A stretch of 64,000 bases of DNA from Azolla caroliniana (lineage: Eukaryota > Plantae > Polypodiophyta). Both the position numbers and the translations under genes were made by a program. Where the stretch lies: contig JBHGNT010000002.1 in NCBI GenBank assembly GCA_043228905.1, positions 27,156,001-27,220,000 of the forward strand, in the 5' to 3' direction. The notes beneath the pieces were generated by a model. It did not search any database and had not been told where the DNA came from. It worked only from the letters and a program-made list of their open reading frames with translations. Position 1 is the first letter of the stretch, and each line of letters begins with the position of its first letter. Shown here in pieces: positions 57,870-64,000 of this stretch.

Positions 57870-60600
57870 ATGGCGGACGACAAAGGAGACATCAAGAGTG
57901 TAGAACCTCTTCCTCTACCACACCAACAAGAACAAGAACAAGAACAGCAAACAGAAGCCCCCTTGAGCTCGACTCCTCTCATTCTTCCTCCTCCTCCCCC
58001 TCCCTCCGCGGATACCTCTCTCGTGACCCCTGATGTCTGCACTGGTGAACAAGAAGAGAAAAATACGAACAGAAATAATGAATTTGCATCGGCTAATGCC
58101 GATCCTACTTCTGTTAATGTAGATCCTTCTTCGGCTAATGTTGATCCTTCGTCTGTTGCTGCGAATGCACCCTGTATTGATTCACCAAAGCTTCTCCATG
58201 ATGTCTCCAACAAAGAGATTTATCGCGTTCCTGACTACTCAGGTACGGGCTTTCTTCTTCTTCTGCTTGAATCTTTTTGCCCAAATTTTGTTGAATTTAC
58301 ATGGTACCGTTAACGCGTATGTAGAAAGATAAAGAAAGAAGCATGTCTGATATGTGAATTTAAGTGAATTCGAATGAATTCTTTATGTTTATGTGAAGTC
58401 TCCTTCCCCTTTATTTGCAACATCTCCAAGGAATATGTAGGTTAATCGCTCAAATACATATGCTATCATGTTAAACTTCCCAGCAGATACACAATTAAAC
58501 TCTTTTAAATTGTTTAAGGTTTTCAGTATCTCTGACATCCTTGTTCACGGATGAGCAAGAAGGATTCTTCAAATTGTTGATGAAATCTGCTAAATTGGTA
58601 TTGCATCCTTATATGTATATACAAAATCAAGACAGAAGTATGCTGCCTTCATTTTTGAATCTTTGCTGAATGATGTGGAATTTGTTTGCTATGTTTTATG
58701 TTTGGATGCAAAATATCAAAAACGTAATTTGGTTATGTGAACGCATTTCTATGCGTGTGTAATAGGTAAGTAATATTTCTTTTCATCTTTTACTAAAATC
58801 TGTTGAATTTGTATTACCGTTTATATGAAAAATCATTCCCCCTTTCATTGCCTCATTCCAAGTACCTTGTAAATTTTATTTAAAATTTAAAGCACATGTA
58901 AGACACACCAAGAAAACTTAAATTTTAATCTCCATGGAAATTTGTTAATTTGTATGTCATATTTATGCTTATACGAAATCTCCTTCTCCTTGTTATGCAA
59001 TATCTCCAAGAATTCTTTAGAGTGTACTGAATTCCCTTCAAATCATAAAGCGCAGAATATATATTCACACCACTGAACTGTTTTAATTGGTAGGTAAGGA
59101 TTGTTTGAATCTTTGCAAAAATGTGTGCAATATACTAATGTTTATTCTCCACCTTCCTTTGCAACATCTCCAAGAAATCCATATAATTCCATTCAAACCC
59201 TAAAGCACAGACATACTCGTGCTAACTGTTTGTTTTTATGTTTGCCTATAAGATCCCACCTTCAAGGAAGAGGTACTGAATCAGGAAATACAAACTTTTA
59301 TAAAACCATAGGGATGGGGAGAGAATTGAAATGACCAACCATAGAACTATACAGTCCGCAAGAGCTTCTGTTAATGAATTGGCAGAGTAATCGTCACTTT
59401 GGAATCTGAAGATCTTGTAGGAGAAGAGTGTGCAGAGCCTTAAATCCGAAGATGAGTGAAAAGATTGTTGCTTTAAAGTAGAGCAAAAAGTGCAAGACAT
59501 CTTTTTGCCAGTGATTCATCAAGATTTCTGCCCTGACTTATGAGAAACCTGCAGAGGAACCCTTGGGTTTTTGGAATTCTCACTGTCAATGGCTGATTGA
59601 CATTTTAAAAATTATAGGTTCAAGACCAGGTGGGATAATATTGGTAACTTCACGACTCTCGGATAATTCTTCAATCATAATGGCGTAACCACCTATACAC
59701 ATGCTACAATGGCCGTAAAAAGGTGCTGCGACCCCGTGAGGCCAAACTAACCTCAGAAACTCAGTCCCACTTCGGATTGCAGGTTCTACAGAAACACTGT
59801 TATGAATCTTTATGGAAATGTATTGAATTTGTACGACACCATGATATTTATATGTGAAAAATCTGTTCCTCTTTGGTTTGCAACTTCTCCACGTATTCTG
59901 CAGAATGCATGCAATTCCATTTAGATCTTCAAGTACATTCACTTTGACGCGAATTGTAGGACAAATATATCATCACACTTTCAAATTCTTTAATCTTTTG
60001 ATTGTTTCATATGCATGGTCAGGGTGGTTTTCTTTGAAGATGATCCACACAATTGAGAGGCGATCCATGTCGGAGTTTTTCGATGGCAATTCAATCTCCA
60101 AGACTCCCAAGTTGTACAAACAATACCGAGACTTTATTATCAACAAATATAAGGAAAATCCAGGGAAGCTTCTTACCTTTACTGAAGTGAGAAGGATGCT
60201 TGTAGGCGATGTGAATGTTATCAAGAGGTTGTTTGATTTTCTGGAGCACTGGGGTCTGATAAACTACCATACTGCACCTGAAAAGAAGCATCAGGCAAGC
60301 ACCAACAATCTCAATACTGCTCCATCTTCATCATCGGAGACCATCCCTCCAGGTGTACAGATTGTTTATCCACGCATACCAGTAGGCATATCAAAGCCAA
60401 AAGGATCCATTGAAAGTAGTGGGAAATTGATAGGTGCCGTCCCATTGACAAACTTGGCATGTTACAAAGATGCATTTGTGAAATCTATATCAGATACGTT
60501 GACAGTAACCTCTGACGAATCCATAGACAAATCAGATATCCCAAATTGTAGCAGTTGTGGAGCTAGCTGTCAAGAAAAATATTATGGAAATGCCAAAAAG
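57870..60600 (+). CDS. SWI3A: SWI/SNF complex subunit SWI3 (SWI3A-like), exons 1-2; remainder not located in the window
   Basis: Exon 57870-58242 (..EIYRVPDYS G|gtacgg) and exon 60023-60600. The second holds the SWIRM domain WFSLKMIHTIERRSMSEFFDGNSISKTPKLYKQYRDFIINKYKE..LTFTEVRRMLVGDV..LFDFLEHWGLINY and the start of a Cys finger CSSCGASC, ending at donor AAG|GTAAGT. Confidence 0.92.
59697..59783 (+). pseudogene. rrn16 (fragment): Older plastid-type 16S rRNA fragment in SWI3 intron 1
   Basis: ACACATGCTACAATGGCCG...TGCGACCCCGTGAGGCCAAACTAACCTCAGAAAC...TTCGGATTGCAGG aligns by eye with plastid 16S ACACGTGCTACAATGGCCG...GCGACCCCGCGAGG...CTAAC...TTCGGATTGCAGG. Confidence 0.75.
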
Positions 60601-60832
60601 GTAAGTGTTTCTTTCTTCTAAATCGTTGTTACATATTTGTATTTGTTAATACATTCATACTATATATTGTTATTGTCGAGTTGATTCCTTACCATACTCA
60701 ATAAAAGTAGATAATTTTCTTGCTTAAAGATTCATGCATAGTTTGCAGCAGAATAACATTCAAATTTGATTTCAAAGACTCCATTTTCTTTGCATATCCT
60801 TTAGAATTCTAAGTTTTCCGTTGTCTATTCTA

Positions 60833-60881
60833 AATGTGTGGATCTGGCTAATAACCAGGTCATTAGCCAGATCCACACATT
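60833..60881. repeat. Near-perfect 49-bp palindrome (20-bp perfect arms) in SWI3 intron 2
   Basis: AATGTGTGGATCTGGCTAAT-aaccaggtc-ATTAGCCAGATCCACACATT. Confidence 0.95.
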
Positions 60882-61799
60882 GCATGTATAGATGTGATAG
60901 AATTTAGTTCCTTAGATCTTTTGTTGAGATTTCACAAGCTGAAAGGCGAGGTATAGCTTGTCGTTTTCTTGCACGACTTTATTGTTTATGCTTATCTTTT
61001 TGTGGTTGTTTGTTTGCTTTTTTTTACAGATTTGAATGTTTGCCTCTTTGTTTCTCTTTAGTTTCTTTTGTATGCATGCTTAAATTCCACAAGGAGGTGC
61101 CTAAGACTTTGAGGAAGCTTTCTTTTAAAGCTTTCAGTTAATTGATTGATTTGATCATCTTCAAGACCCTAAGGGTAATATAAACTAGTCTTGAGAAAGA
61201 CAAGTTTTTACAAAGCCATGTTGTGTGAATTATTGGGGGCGCCAAAATGGGAAAATGATAAAAAATATTGTAGGTGAACTTTGAGATGGATATTGTAGGG
61301 AGTCTTCCAGCACTAGGAAATGAAATATAGAAAAATTCAGAAAAATAATTTAAAGAAATGTAAACTAAAGGAGAAGATAGTCCATAGCTGACGGTTGTGG
61401 AAATATTGGATATCACACATTTGATCCCTGAATTTATGCTCTTATAACGAGTTAAAAAATTTTGTGAAATTAATTCACTATTTGCTTAAATAACAACAGA
61501 CTATAGTGAAAGCTTGAAACTTTTTTGATTAAATGTGGTGTCTTGAAGCAGAACCATTACTTCTGTCATATATGTGAGAGTGCAAAGGGCAAGATAAACC
61601 TTACCCTGATTTGATATCCAAACCACCACAAAATTCAAATGCTTAAAAGTTTTGTGTTTTTCAACAAGAGTTATTATAAGTGAAGCTGCATAGGACCTTG
61701 AGGCAAGAGGTCTAAAACCCTAGTCTTCATCACACTATAGTCAAGAAAATCTATAGAAAACAAGATAAGCAGATGGATAGAGTTTTTCAAGAGGAATAC

Positions 61800-62450
61800 A
61801 ATGAGACAAATGACACCCACGTCAACAGACAAAGTCACCTCTACTTCGTTGCCTTCTTTTAATTGTATCCAACCTCCCAAAAAAGAATATGATGGCTTGT
61901 TTTCTAACACAGCCTCCTCTCTATTGGCCTATTCCATCTTCAGAAATAAGTTCATGGGAGCTCTCTTAAAAACATCTCCCACTCTTCTTGTTACTTTTTT
62001 CTCTTCACTCTTGTTGTTGCTCTTTTCTTCCCACTTGTAGCTGCTTTTTTCTTTACACATGTAGGTGGTTTTTTTCTTTATGCCTATCTCTATTAGGTGT
62101 GCCTTATCTTCTCTATAAAAATTTATCGTCATATTACATGTATAGCCTTCCCAAATTATAATTATGGTCTAGGCCATATCCCAAACATAACTCTCCTAGA
62201 ACGTGATCCTTAAATTGCTTTATGATCCATTCTCCAATTTCTATGTTGTCAATGCCATTCACTTTGCCATTTGGATGTCCTCCACTTTTGATAAAAAATC
62301 ATCGACACAATATATAACTCTACTTTGGTCGCATTAAACACTATCTCTCTCCATTAAACTAGAATTACACTTTGCCTACCTTCCTAGGTAATTTATCTTT
62401 TATAGGAAAATGCTTTCTAAGAAATAAATGCTATATTATTTTGTTGGAGA
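61800..62450 (-). mobile_element. Degenerate RTEX-like LINE fragment
   Basis: Minus strand at ~61970-61907 gives SSHELISE, then after a frameshift RWNRPIERRLC, which is the SSH-x-L-x-x-E-x-GRW...R-x-C motif. Outer boundaries are rough. Confidence 0.55.
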
Positions 62451-62994
62451 CCATTGGAATGAAATCTTCAGAAATTTGTTGCATTAAGGATGTGAATAAC
62501 AGCATATTGTCCATGGTATGCATGAAGATTTTAAGAGAATAGTATTCAATGTGTACATGCCTTTATGAGACTAGAATGGTCTACACTTACAAAGAGAGAA
62601 AATCAACAACACATGAAAAGTTTTAGATGATAACTGTTACCCAAAAATCACTTATAGCATAAAAGTTACATATATAGCTTGCTCAAATAACAAGAGCTTC
62701 CCCAAAACATTTCCTTTTTTTTATTCTTGTTTTTGGGTTTTTTCTAACTTTCAGTGTTCACGAAATTTATCCAGTTTGTCTTAATATCCTCATTCACTCA
62801 CAAATCTAAAAATCCTTACAGCCTTAATTTTTTTTGAAAGTGTTTAAATGTTCTGAGAAAAAGATGGATTGCAAAAGTTGCAATCCCAACATTATCTTGC
62901 CACTATGTTTGAGAAAATAAAGATTTCATATTACCTTGTTGATATTAGATAATATGAAAACATTGTGCTTTGGGGCCCATTCAATCACTATCTC

Positions 62995-63720
62995 GTCTTC
63001 TTCCCATAGAGATATTGGCACCATGGAGAGTATATTGATACATTACAAAAGTCAAGAATATGCCAAATCATAGATTACCACATCTTGCTTGGAATGTGGG
63101 CTCTAAACTATAAAAGAATCATAAGAGCAAAACACTTTTATTTGCTTGGATAGTTTTCATCAAAAAATGGTTGAAAGGATGGGTGTGGAAGATCTCTTAG
63201 AGCTTTCCAATGATGCTATGCAATATGTAGGTATTGAGGAACGGTTAATGGAACCACTATGAAAGAAGTGGGAAGATGCTATGAGGACAAAATTAGAATA
63301 TTACATTGCAAACATCGACCCTGAATGTTGGGTTCAATTTAAGGCAAGAATTCCTATCTCAATATGATGGCATTCAACATTATCTCAATATGAACATGAG
63401 TATTAACTCTCACAGAGCCTTCACACTCCATCTCAATTGATCACACAAGCTACACATTGAAGTTGTATGTGGCATCAAAAAGTGTCAAAAAGGCATGTAA
63501 GTTCGAGAGGAATGGCTAGTAGAGGATGAATATCACTTACTTTTTACATGATCAACTTACAATGCAATACGACCTGAGGAGAACCCTTGTTCTTTCATCT
63601 CCCTTGCAATTTATTATGATAATGAAAGTATTACTAAAAGTTGGTTATGTATGGGCAATATCGTGCTGCGTTCTTGGATTTTAGTGGTGTTTCCCCCATT
63701 TCTGTTAGCGGTGCGGCTAC
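62995..63720 (+). mobile_element. Degenerate RTEX-like LINE 3' fragment, related to but distinct from the 32.4-33.6 kb family
   Basis: LPIEILAPWRVY*YITKVKNMPNHRLPHLAWNVGSKL*KNHKSKTLLFAWIVFIKKW aligns with PIEIMAMVRVVEYMLKFQKSPSHRLPRIAWEACKKIQKTYKSKILCSGWMQDIEKW. Further on are SHKLHIEV and VEDEYHLLF..TYNAIR. Confidence 0.75.
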
Positions 63721-64000
63721 TATGCTGGCATATAAAGAGGGGGGATGTAAGTGTGACATTAAAGGGAACCTCGAGCAAGTTGAATTCATACATGTATGCC
63801 TTATTTAGACATTGAGACTTACTGCTTTGAAGTATGAATATCCCCACTTAGGAAGAAGAAACATCAAGAATAGTTGTATACTGAAGGTCTCATGGGTCGA
63901 TATTGGCCTCACTATGGACTTAAAAAATATATATCTATCTTGTTCATTTGTGGGTGCTTCATTTCACCTGCAAGTATGCATAATCATGAATCCCACCCTC

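Noticed and set aside
61552-61614. Candidate SWI3 exon 3 (cag|AAC CAT TAC TTC TGT CAT ATA TGT.., NHYFCHIC) that would complete the Cys finger
   Set aside because: An in-frame stop follows after ~20 codons with no convincing GT donor, so it cannot be supported without cDNA.

Overview
Gene-containing nuclear DNA of a land plant: spliceosomal GT-AG introns, a plant tRNA-Pro and plastid-derived fragments. The compact introns, abundant microsatellites and RTEX-like LINEs suggest a seed-free plant such as a fern, which is inference only. Recognisable genes, left to right: exon 1 of a MOT2/MFSD5 molybdate-anion transporter (-), a complete ABCC/MRP transporter (-), a bL25/CTC-family organellar ribosomal protein (-), tRNA-Pro(AGG) (-), a 661-aa ORF of unrecognised function (+), a PUB6/7/45-like U-box/ARM E3 ligase (-), alanyl-tRNA synthetase with a GC-AG last intron (-), a nitronate monooxygenase-like gene (-), and the first two exons of a SWI3A-like SWI/SNF subunit (+). 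Intergenic and intronic DNA holds a solo LTR with target-site duplication and a nearby empty site, five fragments of RTEX-like LINEs, a PBS-bearing LTR remnant, a PPR pseudogene fragment, two plastid 16S rRNA fragments and many tandem repeats. The least explained locus is the 661-aa ORF. It has a coiled-coil N-terminus, a novel ~23-aa repeat and telomere-like motifs, two mutually homologous short upstream ORFs exactly 200 bp apart, and it lies head-to-head with the tRNA gene. All calls were made by eye with no database searches; exon boundaries marked ~ are approximate.
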